DNA of 44,083 nt from an uncultured Gammaproteobacteria bacterium (GCA_964653685.1 CAZZHA010000002.1:1-44083), one strand, 5' to 3'; positions 33,274 through 41,663 are shown, numbered from the stretch's first letter. The notes: a model not told the origin generated them from the letters alone. A program made the numbers and translations.

Positions 33274-34056
33274 ATGTTACCTTTACTTTTTTCTATCGGG
33301 CCAATTAATTTTTATACTTTTGCCTTATTTCTGGCAATTGGTTTTTTCTTGTCAAGTTTTTTGATTTGGCGGAGATTAAGGGATCTGGGGGTTGATGAGG
33401 AGAAAACGATTGATTTGATTCTTCTGGTTGCTCTTTTTGGCTTGGTTTTTGCCAGAACCTTTTTTATTATTCAAAATCTCTCTCTTCTAGGCTTTAAGCC
33501 TGAACATTGGCTTTTGATAGGTAAATATCCAGGATTATCTTTTTGGGGAAGCGTGAGTGGCATTCTTTTGACTCTTTTTTGGTTTAGCCGAAAAGAGGGT
33601 TTGAATTTTTGGCAGATTGTTGATGAATTTACCTATGGCTTGATGCCTTTCTTTATTTTGATTCAGATTGGGGCTTTTTTTGATGGTTCTGGTTTTGGCA
33701 AGCCAACCACTATGCCTTGGGGTATTTATATTGTTGGTAGTTTAGTGAAAAGGCAACCATTGCCTTTATTAATGGCGATTGTTTTTGTTGTTCTTTGGCT
33801 TTTCTTAATTAAAATTGAAAGACAGTGGCGGGCCTGGGAATGGTATAGAAGTAAAGCCTGTGGATTGATCGCCCTTCTTTTTGTTTTTGTTATGATGTTA
33901 GTGAACTTTTTGATTGCTTTTTGGCGAGGAGGTTTGTTATACTGGCACTGGCTTGAGATTATTTTAAGCTTGACTTTTGTGGGACTCTCTGCAATAGTAA
34001 TTTATCTCCGTTCTGGAAGGAGGACATTTGGAAAAATCAAAGAAAAGAAAAAATAG
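33274..34056 (+). CDS. lgt: prolipoprotein diacylglyceryl transferase
   Basis: MLPLLFSIGPINFYTFALFLAIGFFLSSFLIWRR is a typical Lgt start, and the protein is polytopic. The ATG at 33274 is preferred over the track start. Confidence 0.8.
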   Translation: MLPLLFSIGPINFYTFALFLAIGFFLSSFLIWRRLRDLGVDEEKTIDLILLVALFGLVFARTFFIIQNLSLLGFKPEHWLLIGKYPGLSFWGSVSGILLTLFWFSRKEGLNFWQIVDEFTYGLMPFFILIQIGAFFDGSGFGKPTTMPWGIYIVGSLVKRQPLPLLMAIVFVVLWLFLIKIERQWRAWEWYRSKACGLIALLFVFVMMLVNFLIAFWRGGLLYWHWLEIILSLTFVGLSAIVIYLRSGRRTFGKIKEKKK

Positions 34057-34441
34057 AGTGGTTAAGCAGGTTAAACAAGTGATTACTTTTCCTGCTAAAG
34101 TTTTAGAGCCAATAAGAAGTTTCCTCAGTCGGGAAGAAAAAAGACTCCAGGAAAGAAAAAAGGAGATAAGTAAAACTGATCCTTTTCAGGATGCCCGTCG
34201 TCTTTCTGATAACGCGGCGCCCGATGCTGATGCTGAGGAACAATTTGGTCATGAGCGAGCGAAGGCCATAAAAGATCAAGTTGATCGCAAATTAATTCAG
34301 ATTAGGAAGGCATTAAGTCGGATTAAAATTGGTAAATATGGTACTTGTGAGAAATGTGGCAAGATGATTGATACTGATCGCTTGATGATTATGCCTGAAA
34401 CAACCATCTGTGTTGATTGTGAAAAGAAAAAAGGAAAGTAG
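34028..34441 (+). CDS. DksA/TraR-family C4 zinc-finger protein
   Basis: C-terminal CEKCGKMIDTDRLMIMPETTICVDCEKKK four-Cys finger preceded by a coiled-coil-like region. The start is uncertain (TTG at 34028 or GTG at 34058). Confidence 0.7.
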   Translation: MEKSKKRKNRVVKQVKQVITFPAKVLEPIRSFLSREEKRLQERKKEISKTDPFQDARRLSDNAAPDADAEEQFGHERAKAIKDQVDRKLIQIRKALSRIKIGKYGTCEKCGKMIDTDRLMIMPETTICVDCEKKKGK

Positions 34442-35142
34442 TGATAACTTCTTTAAGCCCCAAGATTATTTTTGAAGACAAAATTATTCTTGTAATCGAT
34501 AAACCAGCCGGGATGGTCGTTAATCGAGCAGAAACAACTAAAGAAAAGACAATTCAAGATTGGGTTGGTGATTATTTAAAAATTAAGGGGAGGGGAGTCG
34601 GTGATCGAGCCGGGATTGTTCATCGTTTAGACAAAGAAACTAGTGGTTTGCTTTTAATTGCCAAAACACCAAAAGCCTTTAAAAATCTTCAAAAACAATT
34701 TAAAGAAAGAAAAGTAGAGAAGTGCTATCTTGCCTTAGTTCATGGAAAGATTGAACCAAAAGAGGGTGTAATTGAAGTACCGGTCTCCCGCAGCCCTTAT
34801 AATCGTCAAAAATTTGGGGTTTTTTTGGGAGGGAGGCCAGCCAAGACAGGTTACAAAGTGAAAAAATATTATTCTGATTATAGTTTACTCGAATTATTTC
34901 CTAAAACTGGCCGAACTCATCAAATCAGGGTTCATTTAAAACACCTAGGTCATTCGGTCGTGGCGGACGAAAAATATGCGGGGCGAAAAATTGCCAGGAA
35001 AGACCGCCAATGGTGTTCTCGCCAATTTCTTCATGCTTATTATCTAAATTTTATTCATCCAGACACTGGAAGAATAATTGAGTTTAATAGTCCACTGCCA
35101 AAAGATTTAAAAAGAGTCTTGAATAGCTTGAATAATAAGTAA
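34441..35142 (+). CDS. RluA-family pseudouridine synthase (no S4 domain)
   Basis: Catalytic-Asp motif HRLDKETSGLLLIAK, and GRTHQIRVHL. Confidence 0.85.
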   Translation: MITSLSPKIIFEDKIILVIDKPAGMVVNRAETTKEKTIQDWVGDYLKIKGRGVGDRAGIVHRLDKETSGLLLIAKTPKAFKNLQKQFKERKVEKCYLALVHGKIEPKEGVIEVPVSRSPYNRQKFGVFLGGRPAKTGYKVKKYYSDYSLLELFPKTGRTHQIRVHLKHLGHSVVADEKYAGRKIARKDRQWCSRQFLHAYYLNFIHPDTGRIIEFNSPLPKDLKRVLNSLNNK

Positions 35143-35186
35143 TAAGACTTTACTCTCTTTCTTTTTCCTTTTAGACTATTATTATA

Positions 35187-36908
35187 TTGATGGTTAATCT
35201 TTCTTTAGTTTGGACCGTTGCTATTGTTTGTGGTTTAGCCTTTTTGGGTGGCTTTCTAGCGAAGAAACTTAAACAGTCAACGATTATTGGTTACTTATTG
35301 GCTGGGATTCTTCTTGGTTCTTGGGCGATTAACTATCTTCAGGCAGGCCAGATTCTTTCGGGTTTGGCGGAAATCGGGGTGGCTTTTCTGATGTTTACCA
35401 TTGGTTTAGAACTTTCTTTGAAGCGGCTTTATCGGGTTCGAGATATTGTTCTTTGGGGTGGTATTCTGGAAATTTTAGGCGTCATTTTTCTAGGAGTTTT
35501 AGTTTTACCTCTTTTTGGTTTTGATTTTTACTCTTCTTTGTTTATGGCGGCCGCCTTTTCTCTTTCCTCAACTGCCGTAGTCGTCAAGATCCTTTCTGAG
35601 AGAGGCGAATTAGACACCCTTCATGGAGAAATTATGTTAGGCTGGCTTTTGATTCAGGATTTAGCGGTTTTACCGATGATCGTTATTTTACCAGCCGTAG
35701 CCGGTGTCGGTAATGGCGGTTGGGGTGAGCTTGTTCTTTCAGTTATTAAGGCGATTGGTTTTTTAACAGTGGCCATTCTTTTAGGAAAAAATGTCTTACC
35801 CTTTGTTATTGGTAAGATTGCGGACCTCAAATCAAGGGAGTTATTACTTTTGGCGGTAGTCGCTATTTGTTTGTTTTTGGCTTTAGCTAGCGCCGCTTTA
35901 GGTTTGTCGATTGCTTTGGGGGCTTTCTTAGCGGGGATTATTATTTCCGAGACAAGCGAACGCCACGCTATTTTTAGTCAAATTCGGCCTTTAAGAGATA
36001 TTTTTGCCATTCTTTTTTTTGTTTCTTTGGGAATGTTTTTAACCCCCAAGTTTTTGTTAGTTAACTTCCTCCCAATTTTAGGCTTGTCTTTAGGAGTCAT
36101 TTTCTTTAAATTTTTAATTATTTTGATTCTCACTTTTTATCTTGGCTATCATGCTCGGACAGGTATTTTGGTGAGTTTTGGTCTGGTTCAAGTAGGCGAG
36201 TTTGCTTTTATTCTGGCCTCTTTGGGTTTGAATCGAGGTTTGATTAACAGTTACCTCTATTCACTAATTTTGTCAGTGACGACCTTAACTCTTTTGTTAA
36301 CTCCAGGTCTAATTTTCCTGGCCCCTAAATTTTATCTTCGCTTAAGAAAAATTAGCCAAAAACATTTTCCTAAACTTTATCAATATTTATTTACCCGCTA
36401 TGATTCTTCGCGACCCCTGGCCGCCGGATTGGCTTTGGAGAATCATGTGGTTATCTGTGGCCATGGCCGGGTTGGTAGCTGGATTGCCCGAGCTTTAAGA
36501 ATGCTAGGAATACCTTTTATTGTTATTGATTATGATCATCAGGTAATTAACCTCCTAAAGAAGGAAGGAATTCCTGCCCTTTATGGTGATCCGGCTGATA
36601 TTGATGTTCTTGATTACGCTCAAGTAGATAAAGCCAAGGTGGTGATTCTGGCGATTCCTGATGAAATTACCCAAGAAATAGTGGTCACCAATTGTCAAAA
36701 TCTTAATTCCGAAGTTAAGATTATTTCCCGGATTCATCACGCTAGTGACCAGTCGCGCTTAAAGGCTTTAGGCGTGGCTTCAATTATTCAACCTGAGTTT
36801 GAAGCGGCCCTGTCAATTATTCACCGATCCTTACATTTTTTCGGGATTGATAAAGAGGAAATTGCTAAAAAAATTAAAAGAATTAAAATTGAACACGGTG
36901 TCGAATGA
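35187..36908 (+). CDS. Kef-type monovalent cation:proton antiporter with a C-terminal RCK/TrkA-N domain
   Basis: About 12 TM segments of the CPA2 type, then the Rossmann motif VICGHGRVGSWIA and ...VILAIPDE. Confidence 0.85.
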   Translation: MMVNLSLVWTVAIVCGLAFLGGFLAKKLKQSTIIGYLLAGILLGSWAINYLQAGQILSGLAEIGVAFLMFTIGLELSLKRLYRVRDIVLWGGILEILGVIFLGVLVLPLFGFDFYSSLFMAAAFSLSSTAVVVKILSERGELDTLHGEIMLGWLLIQDLAVLPMIVILPAVAGVGNGGWGELVLSVIKAIGFLTVAILLGKNVLPFVIGKIADLKSRELLLLAVVAICLFLALASAALGLSIALGAFLAGIIISETSERHAIFSQIRPLRDIFAILFFVSLGMFLTPKFLLVNFLPILGLSLGVIFFKFLIILILTFYLGYHARTGILVSFGLVQVGEFAFILASLGLNRGLINSYLYSLILSVTTLTLLLTPGLIFLAPKFYLRLRKISQKHFPKLYQYLFTRYDSSRPLAAGLALENHVVICGHGRVGSWIARALRMLGIPFIVIDYDHQVINLLKKEGIPALYGDPADIDVLDYAQVDKAKVVILAIPDEITQEIVVTNCQNLNSEVKIISRIHHASDQSRLKALGVASIIQPEFEAALSIIHRSLHFFGIDKEEIAKKIKRIKIEHGVE

Positions 36909-37876
36909 AAAAGAAGAAAGAGCCTCGCTGGGAACGCGAACAAAAACAAAGGAAAAATAATCAGTCAAGGAAAGTAATTATTTATATTCTGGTTTTTATC
37001 TCCCTGATTCTTTTTGTCGGCTTTAGTTGGCGAATTTTGAATCTTTTTAGGAACTCGGTTTGGGATGGGGATAATAGACTAAATTTGGTTTTAAATATTC
37101 AGCCAGTCACCATTGCTTCTTTCGATCCGGGATCTCAAACAATGAGTTTTCTGACAATTCCTGATGGTACCTATATTGAAGCGGCCGGGGAGTATGGTCC
37201 CTATCGAATCGAAAAAATTTATCCTTTAGGTAAACTTGAGGGTAAAGGAATAGAATTATTGGCTGACAGTATCGAACTTTATTTTGGCATGCCAATAGAT
37301 GGTTGGTTAGATGTTAGGGAAAACTGGCAGATGTCAGTCGGGATTAAGAGTTTTTTCTCTCGTTTGATTGGTTTGACTTTGAAGGACAAGTCTTTGACTA
37401 ACCTCAGTCGTTGGGATTTATTTCGACTTTGGTTAATGGTCGCCCGAACTAGGAGTCATAAAATTGAAGTGATTGACTTAGGTGAAACGACAGTCGCCGA
37501 GGATTTTATCTTACCAGATGGTCAAGAGGCACAGAGAATCGATAATCAACGGATTAGTCGGGTGGTCAGTAATCTTTTTACTGATTATCGTTTACGTGAA
37601 GAAGGTTTAGCAATGGCGATGATGAACGCCAGTGGCGAAACCGGTTTGGCTACTAAAAGAGCCAGGTTAATTACCAATATTGGCGGCCGGCTTATCGAAG
37701 TAGGTGATTGGTCAGAAAAGGTAAAGGGTTGTCAGATTAAAACCACTGCGGCAGTCAAAAAGTCTTATACCAGTCAAAAATTAACCAAGGTTTTTGGCTG
37801 TCAAATTCAATCTGACTTAGGTGAGGATTCACGTTGGGACATTCTTATTATTTTAGGTCAGAATGAGGAAAGTTAA
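36905..37876 (+). CDS. LytR-CpsA-Psr (LCP)-like envelope protein with a LytR_C-type C-terminal domain
   Basis: N-terminal TM, an LCP-like core (FLTIPDGTYIEA...IEKIYPLG...ELYFGMPIDGWLDV), and a C-terminal segment NASGETGLATKRARLITNIGG. Confidence 0.6.
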   Translation: MKKKKEPRWEREQKQRKNNQSRKVIIYILVFISLILFVGFSWRILNLFRNSVWDGDNRLNLVLNIQPVTIASFDPGSQTMSFLTIPDGTYIEAAGEYGPYRIEKIYPLGKLEGKGIELLADSIELYFGMPIDGWLDVRENWQMSVGIKSFFSRLIGLTLKDKSLTNLSRWDLFRLWLMVARTRSHKIEVIDLGETTVAEDFILPDGQEAQRIDNQRISRVVSNLFTDYRLREEGLAMAMMNASGETGLATKRARLITNIGGRLIEVGDWSEKVKGCQIKTTAAVKKSYTSQKLTKVFGCQIQSDLGEDSRWDILIILGQNEES

Positions 37877-38580
37877 GGTTCTTCTTCACCTGTAGGTGTA
37901 GTTTCGGGACCATCCTGATAAATAGTTTTAGGGGGAAGGTAAGAGAGATAATTACTGCCAGAGGGCGAGAAAGAGGGTAAATTATGAAAACGACTACTTC
38001 TGAAAACTTCTCGGACAAAGATTTCTAAATGATAACGGTCAACTGCTTTAACTGAAACTTGATAGCGATTACCACCTTTGATGAATTTGATTAAGCGAAT
38101 AGAGAGGTTATCGGGAACCGTTCCTAGATAAACATTTTCTTCATTAGTCACACTGATGGCTCGTTTTTTGGGGACTAATTTCACCCTTTGACCATTACTT
38201 AAATCAGAAAGAACTTGACTTGAGGCTAAACGGATTAATTTGATTGTCTTTGTTTTGCCTGGCTCTTCGATAAAGAGATTACCACTTAAATAGGTTTTTT
38301 TCTGTTGGGATTTTTTGCTTTTTTTACCTAAACGCTGAAGGTTTTTACTAGCAATTGGATTGTATAGGTCATGAGTAAGAACTTGACGATAGGTTTTCTG
38401 GGCTTGGTTAGTTTTGCCTAATTCCCAATAAGCTCTTGCTAAACGGTTTAGGGCGGGAATGTTTTTATGATTATCATTAATCAATTCTTGATTAAGTTTA
38501 ATCGCTTTTTGCCAATTGCCATTATTGGCGGCTTGAATCGCTTGTTTTTCCAGATTATTATTTATCATTGGTTTCGACAA
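37873..38580 (-). CDS. TPR-repeat protein with an unknown C-terminal beta domain
   Basis: N-terminal TPR-like repeats (NWQKAIKLNQELINDNHKNIPALNRLARAYWELGKTNQAQKTYRQVL). Confidence 0.6.
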   Translation of the reverse strand: MSKPMINNNLEKQAIQAANNGNWQKAIKLNQELINDNHKNIPALNRLARAYWELGKTNQAQKTYRQVLTHDLYNPIASKNLQRLGKKSKKSQQKKTYLSGNLFIEEPGKTKTIKLIRLASSQVLSDLSNGQRVKLVPKKRAISVTNEENVYLGTVPDNLSIRLIKFIKGGNRYQVSVKAVDRYHLEIFVREVFRSSRFHNLPSFSPSGSNYLSYLPPKTIYQDGPETTPTGEEEP

Positions 38581-38630
38581 TATAATAAATCACGATTAAG
38601 TGTCAAGTCCGTGTTTTTTTAACCTAAATT

Positions 38631-38639
38631 TGCTAAAAT
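38631..38639 (+). promoter_or_regulatory. extended -10 promoter 8 nt upstream of the yebC ATG
   Basis: TG-C-TAAAAT, then tagactta, then ATG at 38648. Confidence 0.45.
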
Positions 38640-38647
38640 TAGACTTA

Positions 38648-39394
38648 ATGTCAGGTCACTCCAAATGGTCAACCATTAAACGGCAGAAAGAAGCTACCGA
38701 TATTAAAAGAGGTAAGGTTTTTTCTAAATTGGCTAAGGCAATTACGATTGCCGCCGTTGAAGGGGCCGATCTAGAAAAGAATTTTAAATTAAGGCTAGAA
38801 GTGGAAAGAGCCAAACAGGCAAATATGCCTAAAGAGAATATTGAAAGAGCGATTGCCAAGGTGACAGGAAAAGGAGACAGCAAACTTGAAGAGGTGGTTT
38901 ATGAAGGTTATGGTCCAGAAGGAGTGGCGATTATTATTGAAGCAGCGACTGATAATCGCAACCGGACAACAGCTGATGTCAAGAATATTTTTGAGAGGGG
39001 AGGAGGGAAATTGACTGGTCCAGGAGCAGTTGATTATCAATTTAAATCAATGGGTTTGGTCACGGTCGAGAAGTCAAGTAAGACTGATGAACAAATTTTG
39101 AGAATCATTGATTTGGGAGTCGAGGATGTTGACGAGGCGACTGATGCTTTAGAGGTTTATGTTGAGCCAGGTAAATTAGCTGAAATTAGGGAACAGTTAA
39201 GTCAGGCCAATTTTAAGATTTTGGATGCTGAGTTAGTTAAACAACCTAAAAATGAAATTAAGATTATCAATCCAGCTAAAGCCAATAAAGTGCTTAAATT
39301 GATGAACAGCCTTCACGAGCATGATGATATTCAACGAGTTTTTGCCAATTTTAATATTCCCGAAGAGGTTTTAAAACAAATTGATGAAGTTTGA
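38648..39394 (+). CDS. yebC: YebC/PmpR-family transcriptional/translational regulator
   Basis: MSGHSKWSTIKRQKEATDIKRGKVFSKLAK is the invariant family N-terminus. Confidence 0.9.
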   Translation: MSGHSKWSTIKRQKEATDIKRGKVFSKLAKAITIAAVEGADLEKNFKLRLEVERAKQANMPKENIERAIAKVTGKGDSKLEEVVYEGYGPEGVAIIIEAATDNRNRTTADVKNIFERGGGKLTGPGAVDYQFKSMGLVTVEKSSKTDEQILRIIDLGVEDVDEATDALEVYVEPGKLAEIREQLSQANFKILDAELVKQPKNEIKIINPAKANKVLKLMNSLHEHDDIQRVFANFNIPEEVLKQIDEV

Positions 39395-40220
39395 AAAAAT
39401 TACTATTCCGAAAAGGCAGAATTTTAAAAGACCAAATTTTATAATTCTTATTTCTAAAAGACAAAGATTCATTATTAGTGCTTTTTTGCTTTCAATTGGT
39501 TTATTGGCCATTCAGTTTGCCAATATTTCTTGGCGCTATCAAGCCATTTTTGGCCTAACAGTCTTAACCTATATTTTATCAGCTTGGTCATTAAAAGAAG
39601 GGCTTAGTGGGATTGAATGGTTAACGGTTTTGATTTTACCTACTCTATTTACCAGTGGTGTCGGTCTTTTTTACTTCTTATTGCCTTCTTCCTGGTTGGC
39701 CCGTTTGCCAATCGCTGTTCTCTATGGTTTGGGTCTTTATGCTTTGTTGCTGACCGAAAATATTTTTGCTGTTGCCGCTATCCGTAATATCCAATTACTT
39801 CGAGCGGCTCATGCGGTTGGGTTTTTACTAACCCTTTTAACTGGTTTCTTTCTTTATAATACGATTCTTTCTTTTCGTTTTTCTTTTTGGCTTAACTTTG
39901 TTTTAGTTTTTATTGCCAGTTTACCCCTTCTTATTCAAGGACTTTGGTCAATTAATCTTGAAGAAAAAATTAGCCAACAAATTTGGTTTTATTCGGTGGC
40001 CCTATCTTTGATTATTGCTGAAGGTGCTTTGGCTCTATCTTTTTGGCCGGTAACGGTTTCCGCCAGTTCTTTGGCCTTGATTACGATTATGTATGTCGTT
40101 TTGGGTTTGACCCAGCATCAACTTAGCCAGCGTTTGTTTAAAAGAACGATTAATGAATATCTTCTTGTTGGAATTGTTGTTTTGGCTGTTATAATATTAA
40201 CCACTCAATGGGGAGGTTAG
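39381..40220 (+). CDS. polytopic membrane protein, unknown function (279 aa)
   Basis: About 8 hydrophobic segments. Overlaps the yebC end by 14 nt. Confidence 0.6.
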   Translation: MMKFEKITIPKRQNFKRPNFIILISKRQRFIISAFLLSIGLLAIQFANISWRYQAIFGLTVLTYILSAWSLKEGLSGIEWLTVLILPTLFTSGVGLFYFLLPSSWLARLPIAVLYGLGLYALLLTENIFAVAAIRNIQLLRAAHAVGFLLTLLTGFFLYNTILSFRFSFWLNFVLVFIASLPLLIQGLWSINLEEKISQQIWFYSVALSLIIAEGALALSFWPVTVSASSLALITIMYVVLGLTQHQLSQRLFKRTINEYLLVGIVVLAVIILTTQWGG

Positions 40221-40715
40221 ATGAGTGAACGACAAGAAGGAAAAGAAAATTTAGTTAAAAGTATTAATGTTCCAGGTGGAGCAGTGATTCACGAAGATTT
40301 TAGTTTTAGCGCCTCTAGAAGATTGGCTGGAGAAGATGGAGAACGACTACCCTGGACAACAATGGTCAATGCCGAACAAGCTGCCTGGTTTGGTGAAGCC
40401 AGAGGAGAATGGGTACCAACCGTCCCAGGTAGAAAAAAACCAAGAGTTTTTTATGGAGAAGATGGTAGGATTATTAAGGGTCCGAAAGCAAAAAAAAGAC
40501 TTTCTCCTAAAATTAAGAATGGAGGTGAAGGAGAAGTGCCAGATGAAAGAATAGCGCTGGGGTTTAGAAGACCAACTAAAGAAGAATTACGGGAATTAGA
40601 TGAAGATCCTGTAATTAGAGCAGCAAAAGAAAGAGGTGGGGTAGTGGCCGGTGTTCAAGAGCTTGGTGATCAGAAAGAATTAAATACTTTAAAAGAACCT
40701 TCTGAGAAAAAATAA
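40221..40715 (+). CDS. hypothetical charged protein (164 aa)
   Basis: The ORF starts directly after the previous stop. No motif recognised. Confidence 0.45.
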   Translation: MSERQEGKENLVKSINVPGGAVIHEDFSFSASRRLAGEDGERLPWTTMVNAEQAAWFGEARGEWVPTVPGRKKPRVFYGEDGRIIKGPKAKKRLSPKIKNGGEGEVPDERIALGFRRPTKEELRELDEDPVIRAAKERGGVVAGVQELGDQKELNTLKEPSEKK

Positions 40716-41025
40716 ATTAAGATTTAAAAAACTCAAAAATTTTTTTGACAGACACAAAAAAAGGGGAGTAGGGTGACCGAAAGTGGCGAATTAAAGATAA
40801 ATATCCCATAATAAATAATCATCTTTTCACGAATAAAGACCTATAATTTTCACAAAACGGCAGAAAAAATCTTTGACTGCTAGTATGAAGAATCAAGCAC
40901 GACCTCTTCTCTAGGGATGATCGTTAATAAAAGACCTGAAGTAGGTCTAATTCTCTCTTAAGAGTTTCTCTAAAAGAAAGCTAAAATAGTCTTTTCTTTT
41001 AGCTTTGAAAAATGTAAAAAAGAGC

Positions 41026-41127
41026 GATATTTCCATAAAAATTGATATTAATCCTGATATATTTTGATATAGTTGATTGTTAGGGTTGTGGATAACTAGA
41101 AAAGGATTAAAACAGGACTCGTGATAA
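41026..41127 (+). repeat. co-oriented array of 8 GAT(A/T)(A/T) elements including one perfect DnaA box
   Basis: GATAT at 41026, 41044, 41056 and 41066; GATTG at 41075; TGTGGATAA (the complement of TTATCCACA) at 41087-41095; GATTA at 41105; GATAA at 41123. The central copies are 9-12 nt apart. Confidence 0.5.
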
Positions 41128-41518
41128 GAAGAAAGTAAGTAATAATGGTTCTAGAGTGTTTAGATGACAAGGTTCCTCTTATACTCCCCAGAGAAGACAT
41201 AGGCTTTAGAAGAGAATTGAGGGAGTTAGGCAATGCATAATGTCGTACAATAATACTTTTGCGACGTTATAGCCGCTAGCTTTTGGAGGAGGGTTTAAAA
41301 GGTCCTTTTTAAAATACTTCTCGTTATTTTTATTTCTGTTTCTTTTTGATTGCCACTATTTTCCTTTTATATTTCTCTGTTTTTTGGGTCAAATCCCTAA
41401 AAATAGCTTTCCCAATAAAACCCGAACTTATGAAAATAGGGACTCTCCCCTACTATAGGATGTCTGTCTAATTTTTATTATTTTTTATTATCAAATTCTT
41501 AAAAAAATTCTGAAAAAT

Positions 41519-41563
41519 TAATCATTTTAATCAACCAATTATTTTTAATGATTAGTTGATTAG
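41519..41563. repeat. four TAATCA half-sites (two direct, two inverted), a candidate operator
   Basis: TAATCATT (41519-26), TAATCAAC (41528-35), AATGATTA (41547-54) and GTTGATTA (41556-63), located 50-95 nt upstream of the -35 at 41612. Confidence 0.45.
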
Positions 41564-41611
41564 CCTTTTTTAAGAAAAGGTCTTAGAGAGCCTCTAAGGG
41601 GCTTGTTAGGT

Positions 41612-41640
41612 TTGACAAGGAGCTTTTTTTCTGTTTAAAT
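41612..41640 (+). promoter_or_regulatory. near-consensus promoter for the 41664 gene
   Basis: TTGACA (41612-41617), a 17 nt spacer, then TTAAAT (41635-41640). Confidence 0.55.
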
Positions 41641-41663
41641 GATTATTCTCCTGTCCAATTTTT

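Larger units (their letters stand above)
40716..41663. other. unusually long ORF-free, AT-rich intergenic region (about 950 nt) with several repeat families
   Basis: No ORF of 60 aa or more in any frame, in a window where typical gaps are under 100 nt. See findings. Confidence 0.8.

Noticed and set aside
2916-38647. Over-long starts offered by the ORF track for rpsB (2916), rpsU (8629), ybaB (11159), HAD (18976), purB (19646), MBL (30075), efp (32193), lgt (33226) and yebC (38600).
   Set aside because: In each case a downstream ATG reproduces the conserved family N-terminus. The extension also overlaps a promoter, a tRNA (for efp) or the preceding gene.
41096-41240. Antisense pair of tiny ORFs in the long intergenic region, considered as a type I toxin-antitoxin-like locus. 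Plus strand: 31 aa (41145-41240). Minus strand: 34 aa with a hydrophobic tail MSSLGSIRGTLSSKHSRTIITYFLLITSPVLILF (41200-41096).
   Set aside because: Neither ORF has an SD or a suitably spaced -10 box, unlike the real small genes in this window. ORFs of this size are expected by chance.
41231-41256. A possible Xer dif site (ATGCATAATGTCGTACAATAATAC) near the Xer-like recombinase gene.
   Set aside because: The two arms are not inverted repeats of each other, and the conserved XerD-arm TTATGTTAAAT-like sequence is absent. The resemblance to E. coli dif is limited to GCATAATGT.
40760-41425. Fragments resembling structured RNA genes: GGGGAGUAGGGUGACCG (similar to the 5S rRNA 3' helix) at 40763, and AAAACCCGAACUUAU (similar to RNase P CR-IV ACAGAACCCGGCUUAU) at 41418.
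   Set aside because: The partner elements are missing. There is no GAGGAAAGUCC-type CR-I able to form P4 and no 5S loop C/E context. The surrounding sequence is too AT-rich and poorly self-complementary for either RNA.
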